Shown here piece by piece: positions 39,795 through 61,354 of a stretch of 64,000 nt of DNA. The notes beneath the pieces were generated by a model that was not told the origin of the DNA, ran no database searches, and saw only the letters and a list, made by a program, of their open reading frames with translations. The stretch comes from the human T2T-CHM13v2.0 reference genome, Homo sapiens. The DNA lies in the NCBI RefSeq assembly GCF_009914755.1, contig NC_060931.1; one strand, given 5' to 3'. The position numbers and the translations under genes are program-made. Position 1 is the stretch's first letter. Every line of letters starts with the position of its first letter.

Positions 39795-40168
39795 TAATAA
39801 AAAAAAATTTTTTTCCTAAGTTAGGTTATAATTTTAGGGTTTCATTTATCCATCCACTGATCAAAGATATATTAAGACCAATTCTGTGCCAAGCACAGGC
39901 CTACAGTGGTGAACAGGACAGATGGAGCTTACAGTACGTAGCTGCAAAACTACAGTGTCCTGCTCTCAACATTTAAATAGATCCAGCATATGGGAGTATT
40001 ACTATATAGAACTATATGAAAACTAACTCTTTAAACAGTAAAGGGTTATGGCTTTTTCATTTTCCAGGTCAGGAAGTCAAGAATTTTTCTTCTTTAAAAA
40101 GGGAGGTACTAAGAAGGTTCCCTTTCCTCATAAACCCCTAGGGGTTAATATGTTTTTATTTAACATGC

Positions 40169-40287
40169 TTTTATTTTATATTTTATTTTATTTTATTTTA
40201 TTTTAGTTTGTTATGTTATGTTATGTTATGTTATGTTTTATGTTATGTTATGTTATGTTATGTTATGTTATGTTATGTTATGTTATT
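40169..40287. repeat. Compound pentanucleotide repeat (TTTTA)~7 + (TTATG)~14 in an Alu tail
   Basis: Read directly. Abuts the Alu body at 40288. Confidence 0.92.
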
Positions 40288-40739
40288 TGAGACAGGGTCT
40301 CATTCTGTCATCCAGACTGGAGTGCAGCGTGATCATGGCTCACTGTAACCCCAACCTCCTGAGCTCAAGTGATTCTCCCGCCTCAGCCTTCTCAGTAGCT
40401 GGGACTACTACTCTTGGCTAATTTTTGTATATTTTGTAGAGATGAGGTTTTGCCATGTTGCCCAGGCTGATCTCAAATTCTTGGACTCAAGTGATCCACC
40501 TCTTGGCTTCCCAAAGTGTTGGGATTACAGGTGTGAGCCAGTGTACCTGGCCAACAAATTTGTTTTAATGACTGGACTGTAAACCCTTGAGAGAGGAAGG
40601 GTGATTTTGCTTCTCTTGTCTACAAGGCTGTCACATGATCAGTGCTCAATAAATACTTGAATAATTGAATAAATGAATTATGGATTTGAATTAGTGAATA
40701 TAAAAGTACTTAAAGCTTTCTACTTTTGTTTTCCTGCAG

Positions 40740-41094
<355 letters not shown>

Positions 41095-41603
41095 TGACCT
41101 CAGGTGATTCACCCGCCTCGGCCTCCCAAAGTGCTGGGATTACAAGTGTGAGCCACCTCACCCGGCCTGGATCTTTCTGATAAAGGCAACTACCCTTTAT
41201 GGATTATTATTTTTTCCAACTCCCGCGCTTAGTGGTTTAGTGCCCTTTCAGCCGATCCTCTTAGGTACCCCATTGACATAGACAGGCATTAGCTCCATTT
41301 ATCAATGAAGACTGCAAGGTTCACAGAGATGAAGTTACTTGCTTAGCATCACAGGCTGGTAGGCAGCGAGATGAGGACTCCAGAGCTCACCCTTAGCTGC
41401 AGGGCTGTGCCGCCACCACCTCAGCTGGTGTCTTAGCTGTGTGTCGGCACTTCCTGTGAAAACTCTTGCCCTTTGTCCACTGCACTGGATTCTTGCCCTG
41501 AGTACACAGAGGTTAGAGGTCAGTGCAGTCGATTTATGAAGTAGCTCCTGTGGACTGGGCAGTTGTGTTGAGGGGCCGTTGTGCAACTCTTAAGGCATAC
41601 TTC

Positions 41604-42776
41604 TTTTTTTTTTAGTTTTTATCTCAAGTTTTAATGAACAATTAGAAGACAAGTAGTTTGACCTTTATGACTAAGTTTCAATATATTCTTACAGTTTTTA
41701 TATATTTAATATAGGTTTAGAAGCATTTTTTACATAAAAATATTCACAAATAACATTTCTAATTATCATTTAAGTAATAAATATTCTAAAACATATATTT
41801 AAACTAAATAGTGGAAATGCAACACAGTTATGAGTATTCTTATATAAAAGTTAAGCTCTAATAAATGGAACCAGAGAAAGTTGTATAGGAAAACAATATT
41901 TTCCCAACCGACATTAGTTTAGAAACTAATGTTGATTCTTAAGGTATTAAATGATTTCTGAGTCATATAATTGGCAAATTGTCTGTGGCATGGTGTGCCA
42001 TAACCATTATCACTTGTTAATGTGTAAAAATATTTTAAATTGGCAAATAAAAAGCATTAAATGCTTTCTTGAATATTTCATTTTTTGCCACTTCAACCAT
42101 AAAATTTATATAATAAAATATTTACAGAAAATGTTATTGTCAATTATATGAAATATTAGAAAATGACAAACAACATGTTAGACTTAGTGGTACAGAGTAG
42201 ATTGCAATGTAATTCCTGATAACTCTAACCATGTCAATTGGACAGGTCCACAATAGTAGAAAAGGATTTTTAATTGAGCAGTATTAAAATATTTACTATC
42301 TTGGAGACTAGGATCATTTCTTTTTAATCAGGACTAATTCATTAGCAAAACTTTTAAAAAGTATTAATGTGGCAACTTTCCAAGTTACAGTTTTCATATA
42401 TGTCTTATGAATGTTCCTGAGCCCTTTTCATATTTTATTTTCACAGTGTATTTCCTTGCTCATAATCTTCTCCCCAGGGATGGGAGCACCATTCTTGTAA
42501 GACAAATTCTGTGATTATTCCTCTTGAAAAATCTATTATTTTTAGTCCTGACACAGAGCAGGTACTCAAATGTTTGCTGAATGCATGAGCAAATCCAGCT
42601 TTATCTGCTCTTGTCTATAAAGGAAACCTTTTCAATATAGTAACTGGGGTTATTCATATTTTTTAAAGCTCTGATATGCTAATAATTCCACTCCAATGAC
42701 ACATATTACATTAAATTGCAAATATATTTCAAAATACTGTTAACCACAAAGCTTTATCAAATATCCTTCCTACTAC
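41604..42776 (-). mobile_element. Putative L1 3'-transduced genomic segment (~1.16 kb) with its own polyA tail
   Basis: AT-rich block between the L1 polyT (42777-42790) and a second polyT (41604-41613). Minus-strand ATTAAA at 41630-41635. TSD aaggcatacttct (41592-41604) pairs with aaggcatactgct (48408-48420). Confidence 0.82.
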
Positions 42777-43007
42777 TTTTTTTTTTTTTTAAATTTTATT
42801 ATTATTATACTTTAAGTTCTAGGGTACATGTGCACAACGTGCAGGTTTGTTACATATGTATACATGTGCCATGTTGCTGTGCTGCACCCATTAACTCGTC
42901 ATTTACATTAGGTATATCTCCTAATGCTATCCCTCCCCCCTTCCCCCACCCCACAACAGGCCCCAGTGTATGACGTTCCCCGTCCTGTGTCCATGTGTTC
43001 TCACTGT

Positions 43008-46828
<3,821 letters not shown>

Positions 46829-46891
46829 TATGCTGTTAGCTGGTTATTTTACTCATTAGCTGATGCAGTTTCTTCCTAGCCTTGATGGTCT

Positions 46892-47905
46892 TTACAATTT
46901 GGCATGTTTTTGCAGTGGCTGGTACTGGTTGTCCCTTTCCATGTTTAGTGCTTCCTTCAGGAGCTCTTGTAGGGCAGGCCTGGTGGTGACAAAATCTCTC
47001 AGCATTTGCTTGTCTGTAAAGTATTTTATTTCTCCTTCACTTATGAAGCTTAGTTTGGCTGGATATGAAATTCTGGGTTGAAAATTGTTTTCTTTAAGAA
47101 TGTTGAATATTGGCCCCCACTCTCTTCTGGCTTGTAGAGTTTCTGCTGAGAGATCCGCTGTTAGTCTGATTGGCTTCCCTTTGTAGGTAACCCGACCTTT
47201 CTCTCTGGCTGCCCTTAACATTTTTTCCTTCATTTCAACTTTGGTGAATCTGACAATTATGTGTCTTGGAGTTGCTCTTCTCGAGGAGTATCTTTGAGGT
47301 GTTCTCTGTATTTCCTGAATTTGAATGTTGGCCTGCCTTGCTAGATTGGGGAAGTTCTCCTGGATAATATCCTGCAGAGTGTTTTCCAACTTGGTTCCAT
47401 TCTCCCTGTCACTTTCAGGTACACCAATCAGATGTAGATTTGGTCTTTTCACATAATCCCATATTTCTTGGAGGCTTAGTTCGTTTCTTTTTATTCTTTT
47501 TTCTCTAAACTTCTCTTCTTGCTTCATTTCATTCATTTCATCTTCCATCACTGATACCCTTTCTTCTAGTTGATCGAATCGGCTACTGAGGCTTCTGCAT
47601 TCGTCACGTAGCTCTCGTGCCTTGGTTTTCAGCTCCATCAGGTCCTTTAAGGACTTCTCTGCATTGGTTATTCTAGTTATCCATTCATCTAATTTTTTTT
47701 CAAAGCTTTTAACTTCTTTGCCATTGATTTGAATTTCCTCCTGTAGCTCGGAGTAGTTTGATTGTCTGAAGCCTTCTCTCAACTTGTCAAAGTCATTCTC
47801 CGTCCAGCTTTCTTCCGTTGCTGGTGAGGAACTGCATTCCTTTGGAGGAGGAGAGGCGCTCTGATTTTTATAGTTTCCAGTTTTCCTGCTCTGTTTTTTC
47901 CCCAT
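46892..47905 (-). CDS. L1 ORF1p, uninterrupted 337 aa frame
   Basis: MGKKQSRKTGN...REKG..ARR..YPAKLS..LQKHAKL with no stops. Expression is not shown. Confidence 0.85.
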   Translation of the reverse strand: MGKKQSRKTGNYKNQSASPPPKECSSSPATEESWTENDFDKLREGFRQSNYSELQEEIQINGKEVKSFEKKLDEWITRITNAEKSLKDLMELKTKARELRDECRSLSSRFDQLEERVSVMEDEMNEMKQEEKFREKRIKRNELSLQEIWDYVKRPNLHLIGVPESDRENGTKLENTLQDIIQENFPNLARQANIQIQEIQRTPQRYSSRRATPRHIIVRFTKVEMKEKMLRAAREKGRVTYKGKPIRLTADLSAETLQARREWGPIFNILKENNFQPRISYPAKLSFISEGEIKYFTDKQMLRDFVTTRPALQELLKEALNMERDNQYQPLQKHAKL

Positions 47906-48556
47906 CTTTGTGGTTTTATCTACCTTTGGTCTTTGATGATGGTGACGTACATATGGGTTTTTGGTGTGGATGTCCTTTCTGTTTGTTAGTTTTCCTTCTA
48001 ACAGACAGGACCATCAGCTGCAGGTCTGTTGGAGTTTGCTAGAGGTCCACTCCAGACCCTGTTTGCCTGGGTATCAGCAGCGGTGGCTGCAGAATAGTGT
48101 ATATTGGTGAACCGCAAATGCTGCTGCCTGATCGTTCTTCTGAAAGTTTTGTCTCAGAGGAGTACCCGGCCGTGTGAGGTGTCAGTCCGCCCGTACTGGG
48201 GGGTGCCTCCCAGTTAGGCTACTCGGGTCAGGGACCCACTTGAGGAGGCAGTCTGCCCGTTCTCAGATCTCAAGCTACATGCTGGGAGAACCACTACTCT
48301 CTTCAAAGCTCAGTTGGAAATGCAGAAATCACCCATCTTCTGCATCGCTCACGCTGGGAGCTGCAGACGGGAGCTGTTCCTATTCGGCCATCTTGGCTCC
48401 TCCCCACAAGGCATACTGCTAACTAGTTTTTGGGGCCAGAGGAATGGGTGAAGCAGGAGTTTTTACTTTTTCTAAAATTTGTTGCAAAGCACTTTCCAAC
48501 TCTCTGAGACTGGACAGAATTCTCCTCTACCCACAGATCTGTATCTATGTATCTAT

Positions 48557-52860
<4,304 letters not shown>

Positions 52861-53509
52861 GCAGATGAGTTTTAAAACGGTTTACTTCCTTTCTGGAAAC
52901 TCTGCCCAGTAATTTGATATATTTTGTCTGAAGATACTCTAGGAGTTTTTCAGACTTCAGTGAATTTTATTTGGGGAAGGGTCATGAAATCAAATGCAGA
53001 AAATCAACTCACTGAGGTAACCAGCATAAAAAAAAATGAAGTAGAAAACATGAGTGCATAGTTTCAAGTAAATGTTAGCGTGCGTGTGCTGTGTTGCTAT
53101 AGAAAATGTAAGCTGTCAAAAGTTTGAAAAAATACAATTCTAAGGTGAGTTTCTGCAGATAAACTTTAAACATGACTAAAGTAGAGCACATACTCCAACT
53201 GAACCACATGGAGGAAAGCAGTGGTTTGAAACTAAAGATACATCAGGTCACAACATCTCAAATATTTAAGGGTCATCACCAACACCTGACAAACGACTGT
53301 TGCCACTGCAAGTTGTATAGCACGTATAACCTACCATGCATGAAACTTGACAACTTACTTGAACTTCTACCCACTAAGCAGTAACCAACATTATGTATGA
53401 AACAAAATGTACATTTCTCAGTCTCTCCATTGTCTAGAAAAACTGTTAAAACTGCTGACTACTTTTGTTACTGAATGTAATCGTGTTAGAAAAATAGTCT
53501 TGATGAAGA

Positions 53510-56500
53510 CTTCTCCATGCAGTCAATCTTTATTATAGCAGTATTCGCATATTCACATCAAGTACATAGAACTTTTTTTGCCTTTTATATAATACAGTTT
53601 TTAAATAACTTTACACAGAAATAAATTTCTTCAATCTGAATTTCAGCTATCTTTTTTTATTCTCCATGCTTTCTATCCAAACTGAACAATATTTTCTGTT
53701 ATACAAATTTACATGAGAAAAACTCCAAAGTACAAATGAAGGGACCTGAGCAGGAAAGAGAACCAAAGTATCAGGAAGTGGGTATGGGGGAGAATTAAAA
53801 AAAATAATAAAAGATTCAAGCAAACATTGAGAATAGGGGAAAAGAGGGAGACATCATCCATTTGACTGAAAATAAATGTCTTTTTTATGAATTGAAAAAT
53901 AAGCTTTAAAAATAGTTACTCCATTGTAATTTTTGCAAAGCAGGTATAGAGAGGTCTGTGGACAATTAAAAAGTCCCCATCTTTTCACTGGGCACGCCCC
54001 AGACTCCACGAGAACCTTTTCAATGCTTGAGTGGAACTGAAGTGTACTAAACCCGAACCTTTGGCAGTAACAGAAAAGAGGAATGTGTGTGTGAGTCGCC
54101 ATAAGGTTTGGAGTGGTGAAACAGGAACCGTGAATTCACTGCAGTTCAAACAGGAAGCATCTCCCTTTCCTCTCCCTTACAGGAGTCATGTCCTCAAACC
54201 AAGGAATACATGAAAAGGGGGGATTTCCTTTTTCTTGGTCTAAACCAAAGAGCAATGACAACTACTGAATAAAATTCAGAGACACATGTTGATGAATGAT
54301 CAAATTCAATCCCCTGATCAGTTGTATGATCCTATCTTAGGAAAGGCAGCAATTGCCATGTTGAGGAAAGGATCAGATGTACAACCAACAAATGAGATTA
54401 CCACAAATACATATCACTGTGATACAGTCCTCAAAAATCAGGCGATATCATGAAGGCCAAACTGAGTCTATATATGTGGCATGGCCAAAGGAAACACGGA
54501 GGACCCATGGATGCATTTTAAAATGAAGGCAGGAGAAGGGGACAGCACAGAGACATACACCCCTGTATGTAAACTAACATAACATGAAGATAAATAAGAC
54601 ATAAAGGCTAGCCACTTACGTTGGTCATTAACATGAATAAAAAGGCATTATATGTTGATATAGCTGGTTTTAATCAGCTATGGAACATACACAAATGTAT
54701 TAGGAAGGAATGATTCTTAAAAAAACCGTTCACAGCTTAGAATAAAAAGCATACTTATTGCACTCTTACATTTGATTTCAGGTAATTACAGTTTATTTCC
54801 CACCCTCACATTAATTTTTCCCTATCCTAGATTTACTGCCACCTCACCCCATTTTGGTCTCTGTTCTCTACATCTGTGCCTACTCTGTGAGCTTTGTTGT
54901 TTATGCTAGTTTGCAGTGACTTCCAACTCATACTCCACCAAAACACACGTGGGTTCAAAAACTTAACACAAAAATGCAACGCAGTAATTTTCAAAACAAA
55001 ACCAGGACTAAGCAACTTCATCAAAACCCCCAATCCCACCCGTCAACAGACCCTTCCTTTGCGGCATCTCTTCACAAATTTTCTGCCAACTCTCCCGCAT
55101 ATGTGCTGTACATGAGAACCAGCGGTCACGGTGCTGGAGAATGAACTCGGCTGGCCGGGAGAAGCAGATGGTTTGTACAAACATTTTTTGATACTACCAT
55201 GAATAAACATATTTTAGTTGTTTTCAGAGCACTTCTATCTACAGAATTCTTTAAAAAAAAATGCACCTCTAAAAAATGGATACACTGGCTTACATTGGCT
55301 GTGTCCTCATACACACTCGTCAAGTCACTATAATTATTCAAAATAGCTAAATAAATGTCAACATTTTAATAAAGCTGATTTAGTAATTAATAAAACTTAA
55401 CAGTTGAAGTTGTGGATGTTAAATAAAAGTACTTTAGTCACTCATTGAGTTGCCGACTAATTGCCCCATGCATTTTTTTTTTTTAAAGCACTGTTACCTT
55501 AATTTAAGATTTTAGGAGTTGGGTTTCTGTCCTTTTCCACATTAAAAATACCTGATAGGAACTGTTAATTACCCTTTCCACAATTAACAAAAATTAGAAT
55601 TGAATTTCAATTTAAATGTCTTTGCCCAAACAAAAGTGAAAATAGGTTATTTGAAAACAACAAAACAGAGCTTACTGTCTAGTGTACTAATAAAACAAAC
55701 ATCTTACCAGTATTTTTAATTTTACCAGAGCTAGCAACATGGACCACAGATATACTGGTGACTCCGCTCTCCTCTGGCCAAGCTACAAATCATCACCTGA
55801 GGCAGAGATGCTACTACCCTCTTCTGGGGCTCAACTACCGATGGGCATCAGTAATCCATCCCAGTATAACATTTCAAGGATGTGCTGGAGACAATACATG
55901 GACTTTCTCTTTCAATGGTGAGGAATGAAACAAGATACAAGAACCACAGCATGGAATATGTTTTCTTTTACATCCAATGGCCAGGTCATAAAGGATGCCT
56001 TGAGACCTCCACCCTGGCCCCCACAGCGCTTTGGGACAGGATGACTAACGCAGTCCAGCTTCATGTGCAATCAAGTCCCGGGAAGAAATTTACATTTCAA
56101 ACTCTGAAAAATCAGTGTCTAGGTTGGCAGCAGTACTCTGGAAACTGATAAAACCAAATTCGGTCCTATATTTCAATTTCCCCTTCTAAGTTAATACATG
56201 ATTGCTGCCCATCATACAGTACTTCAACCCTAAACTACAGCAATTTCTGTCAACATTTCTGTTGTATAAAAGTTCCATGCTTTGAAGAGCCTATGGGAGT
56301 AGAAAAAGTTTCTCTAGAAATGTCACTGAACTATATTTGCAACCTAGTTGCTCTATGTGATAAATATATCTGACTATACTAGGGATTATGTGCTTTAAAA
56401 AAATAATTTTGTTCACTGAAAATTTACCTGTGTGTTTTCTCATTGTTAAATGTGATTTTGGCTATAAACTCTTTAGTGCATTTACCTATGCAGTCTAAAT

Positions 56501-59500
56501 TGCACTCTAAAAATTATTAACACAGCTGAGTTAAACCAGAGTGGCTGCTCTCTTCACAAATCACTGATTTCTGCTAAAATGTTAGCTTTTTTATTGCATC
56601 ATGAAGGCACAGTAAGATCATTTGGCAAATTGTCAAGGTATTTTTCTAGAGCCTCACCTACACCATTTCAACTCATGACCTGTAAGCTATTTGCTGTTCA
56701 TACTCACAGTAAACCTTCCATCTCTGGCTATGGTGTTTATAGCCTAATGGTTGGAATCTGCTCGTCTCAAGGTGCTGGTATTCCTAGCACTAACAATGCC
56801 AACTTGGACAAAGAAGAGAATCTTGCAAAAAGAGTAATCATTCTACCCTCTTAGCTGGGTGGTCTTTCTATGAATGCCTGTGCATGTGACAAAGCTGCAG
56901 CAAACTCATTATGAGGATGTACTGTCATGCCAAGCCTACTGAAAATTAAAATTACATCACTGTTAGTGAAGTGATACCACAGCTATTTAATTTCATGCAA
57001 TTGACTCAAGGTTAAGATTCTGAAACGTACCCCTAAACCGGTTCTGGCACCACTTTCAACAACATTCAGATATTCCGAGCAACACATTTTTTTACAGTAT
57101 TACTGCTTAAATGTATAATGCCCTTTAGGACAAAATGAGAGTGCTCAAATACAAGTACACAAAAAAGTTAAAATCTTAAATCATCGTCATGTTCTAGAGC
57201 TCCTGACTTTTCATATTTTAAAATAAATAACTATTCATTACCTCATTCTGAAGAGGTAGTTTTTTGTAGAGGTCACCTGAACCCTGCAATGTGGTTTCGA
57301 ACTAAAGCTAGAGATGAGGTTTGCAAGCAGCTGGCGGGTGGATGTACAGTGGGGACAGGTGAGATCTGAGGAGGATGTGCAGCAGCTCGCACTCCGCCTG
57401 GTGAATACAAGGTAACATCCTGTGATGAAAGTGCTGTCACCGCACCAAACCAGAAGCTAGGAAATATTTACAAAGTTTCAGGTTGACAGTGCTGCAGTCT
57501 TGAATTATTTCTTTATATACTGCTCTTTCTTCTCCAACACCAACATAAATATAGCATATATCATTTGTATGGGATTTTATCTTCTAAAATGCCCCAGTAT
57601 GCCCTACTAGATCTCAAATACAATCAGGGGTGAGATATTCGGGAACCAGAATTTGACAGCTAGACAGAATCTTCTTTTAAGGTGCACATTAACAACAAAT
57701 GATCACACTGAATTTTCTATTCACAAATCCCTTTTATAAACTATTTTTTTGGTCAATATTATTTCAGTGGCAAAAGTCTAGGTCCTTGACTCTAACGATG
57801 AAAAAAGTCCATCAGGAATACTACACAGTTACAAACAATCCTCTGTAGTTGCTCTCAAATTTTTCAGAAGGCTTCACCTCTCCCTACCAAAAATAAAACA
57901 CACTACAGAAGGCACTGCAGCCACTTTACAGACAAGACTGTTACACCCTTACAAGATGATCAGTGACGCAGCCACATACTGTCTATACAATTACTCATAA
58001 AGTGCTTTTCACAAATAAGGACTTCTTCCTCGTTTTTTTAGGAGCTCAGTAAGTCTAACTGTTGTCTAAGCATCAAAAAATAAAGCAGATAAAACACAAA
58101 TAAAACCTATTTTCATGTCATTTGTAAACTAGAGAAAAAACCTATTTCATAGAAAAAGGAAGAAAAGAGAGGTTTAAATATTTTATTTTTTAAGGTATCT
58201 ATAAAAATCTCAATATGCTAAGCCTGGCTCCTGGGCACAGCTTCATTTGAGATCAAGTCTGCTCCCCCGTTCAAATGAGATACCAGCCTATTCTAAAATG
58301 CAAGGGAAGAAAAAGTGTATCACCCTGAATATTGTTTAAGAAACTGAAATGCTAAGCTTCCTCCCTAATGGTACCGCCCCTGCCCCTGCCCCACGGAGGC
58401 AGTCCCGGACCCAGGCTGCACATGTTCTACCTCCTCAGCAGGACATGAAACACATCCTCTTGTTCAAGCCCAGGTCTCTCTACCTGCGGAAACTTGAAGC
58501 CAATCTTGGTAAAGGGAACACAGCCACATTTAAAAGCATCTAGAGATATATTTAAAAAGAAAAAACAGCCAATGCTTTTCAAGAGAGGCAGTATTATTGC
58601 ACAGAAGATGTTCTTCAAATCAGCGTGAATTATTTCCACCTTTGCAATTTCTGAATTTTGTAAGACACTGCCCTGCTGATGTAAAACTTAAAAACAAATT
58701 TGCTTTTCAAACTGATTAATAACTTAAGGATCTTTTCCATTTTACTAGGACAACCTTTTACAAGACAATGAAAATTTCAATAGGCTTTCTTCTGAATACA
58801 TGTATGTTAGCAAAAATCTAATGGTAGTGAGCTTTTAGTGGCTGCAATATAGACAGCAGGGCCTGGAGTTACAATCTGAAATTTTTAAATAACAATTTCT
58901 AATTCCTTGATTTATTCTGGGTCTTGTTTAATTTCTTTCAAGTCCTTGGCTATAGCTTGGTTGGTCTGATTTGATTTGTGTTCCTAAATTCTGAGTCTAG
59001 ATTCCTGATAAGGGAGGTTTTCCATTAATTTGCCATTAATACATCCGCTTTCTTTGCTATGACTGTGATTGATATTACCCTTTAATAAAGGCCAAAGGAA
59101 GCTATAACTAGGTTATATTTTCCATTTGTGCAAAGATAAGATTTAGGTTCTTAATGAATGCCAGTTCTTTCTATAAAAACAACTGATGACAGCTTTCCCA
59201 CACCCTCCCTCAGTCCTAATATCCCTAAAATTGCTCTATTCTCTGTCTGGGAATTCAGCTGCCAAATTGCCCAACCTTTTGAAGACCAGGCTTGGGAAAA
59301 AAGGAAGAAGGAGAATGAATGGAGACGCCACCATTTTTATTTTAGGTTGCATATTCTAGATAAAAGACTAGAAAGAAGATGTGGGATATAGTGTTAGGAA
59401 TCAGTTGGAAGAAACAATGAGATTATTAGCAAAGATGTTAGTGTGGATCCAGCAAGTACCATTAATTGAAAAATTATAAATATTTGTCATTATGCTAAGA

Positions 59501-60670
59501 CTCCTCATATTTAGGTAGAGAAAAGGATAATGATCTTTCTTAAAAGTTGTTTATATAACAAAAATACAATTTTCAGGATATATAATTCTGGTGGGAAGTA
59601 TTGTTTTTTTCCAATTCAATTAAATCTGAAAATTATTTTCTTTTTAATAAAAATAGAAAAGAAGAAACTCAGAAATTAAAACCTGTACCTTATATTTAAA
59701 TTATCTAAATTTCTCACATTCAAAACTGTTATTAAGCAGTTTTGTGGGGGTTTAGTTAGATACTGCCACGGCATTTTGTGCCCTGGACAAAGTAGCCGCA
59801 TAAGTAGTTGGTGACTGGAAGAGCATAGGAGGAAGATATAAACTGTATTTCCTGAGAATTTGCTACATTGTGGAGGAAAAAAAAAAAACCCAAACACTTA
59901 TCTTCATTGCTGGACCCAATGAGAAAGAAGGCAATGTGTGCCAGCACTATCTAGCCTGCTTGGTTAGACAGACCCCTCAGTGAGCAAGGAAACAAAAGGC
60001 CAGAGACCCCGGAGGTCAGGAAGAAGATGCAGCATGCCCTTTTCCTCCATACCAAGACACATCTACTCACCACTCAGCCTCCATTTAAATAAAATAGTTT
60101 CCTTTTGATAAAATCTGTCAAGGCCTGAACACGCACCACATAGAAAGGGCAAGCTGCATTTTTGTTCCATCCCTCAGAAACTAACTGGTGGTCACTAGGG
60201 GAAAGAGCTCCAAAACAAAATTCCAGAACAGGAAAGAGAACGATGCTTGGTGATTGAAACTGCCCCATCAGATGATCAGCCACAAATTGATCTGGTGGTT
60301 AGAAGGGCAAAGTTGACTGGCAGACTTTCCATAGCAAATCTCCCAAGCTGTAGCAGCAGTTTCTTTCCATCATGCCTGACCATCAAAAGGTCAGAATTCA
60401 GGGTCTCTCCTCTTTCTTCCTGGGACTGGGCAGACTTGTATGCTCGTGGTATTTTTGTTGAAGAAACACTGGCAGCAGAGAATTCTGGTTCCTAAAACAT
60501 TCTTTCCTCTTTTGTTGGATGGGAAATTCCATTCTGTTCCACATCAACTTATGCATTGGAAATTTTGTATCTTTAAAAAAAGATTTGAGGAACAGAACTG
60601 TGTTTTGATGTTAACAAATTGTACGAACACAAGACTTAAGAAATAAGAGCAGATGCTGCCATGATGGTGG
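53510..60670 (-). other. BRAF: Long 3'UTR of the BRAF alternative terminal exon (X1 isoform)
   Basis: Follows the TAG at 60671-60673. Alu-free and AU-rich. Minus-strand AATAAA at 59336, 58911, 58182, 56590, 54792, 53656 and 53529. Confidence 0.8.
53529..53534 (-). terminator. BRAF: Distal BRAF polyadenylation signal
   Basis: tttatt (AATAAA on -) near the edge of the repeat-free block. Fits the recalled ~7 kb UTR. Confidence 0.7.
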
Positions 60671-60693
60671 CTACTTGAAGGCTGCAAATTCTC
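60671..60693 (-). CDS. BRAF: BRAF alternative last coding exon, (G)EFAAFK*
   Basis: Minus strand: ttgtcctccctctacag|GA GAA TTT GCA GCC TTC AAG TAG. Matches the recalled BRAF-X1 C-terminus GGYGEFAAFK. Confidence 0.88.
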
Positions 60694-61354
60694 CTGTAGA
60701 GGGAGGACAAGAGCTAATTTTAAAAAAGTCATCTCAAATAACCTAGAGACACAGAAAAGCCTCATTTGAGCTTCACTGAAAAGTAACTAGTTATATATTT
60801 CAAGTCTAGCAACAGCATTGCTAATTTAAAAGCAAAAACGGCTGAAACCCATGGAAGAACACAACATATATAGTATACAGAATATGGTTCAGCTCTATCA
60901 ATTAAATAGCAAGTCTGCAGAATTTTCCAGTTGGGTTTTATGTATCATGGTTCTGATCAAGCTGAAAACAGTTCCAATGAACAAAATTTCTCAGAAACTG
61001 AATGTAAAGTAGTAATGTCAATTTGTAGAATACTTCCACCTCTGAATTATCAACTCATTTTCACCTATCATATTATTATAATGCCACTATTAGGAAGAGA
61101 GAGGCAGTAGTTATCCTCATTTTGCTAAAGATACAATTAAGAGGTCAACTGATTTGTTCACACCACACGTTTGACAGAGAAAGAAAATCCAGACTGCCTA
61201 TTTTCTAGTTAATTTCACCTTCAATCTAACAAAAAATTAAATATAGGCACATCACTGAACATAATTATCAGCATAAAGAATTCTTTAAACCACAAAGTAC
61301 CTTTGTGATATCATGCTCCTTTAGCTTAATGAATTTGGGGGCTTCATGCCATTA

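Noticed and set aside
55729-55917. Plus-strand exon-like segment (tttaccag|...caatg|gtgagg) antisense to the BRAF UTR
   Set aside because: Splice-like signals of this quality occur by chance in 7 kb. There is no coding homology, and transcript data would be needed.
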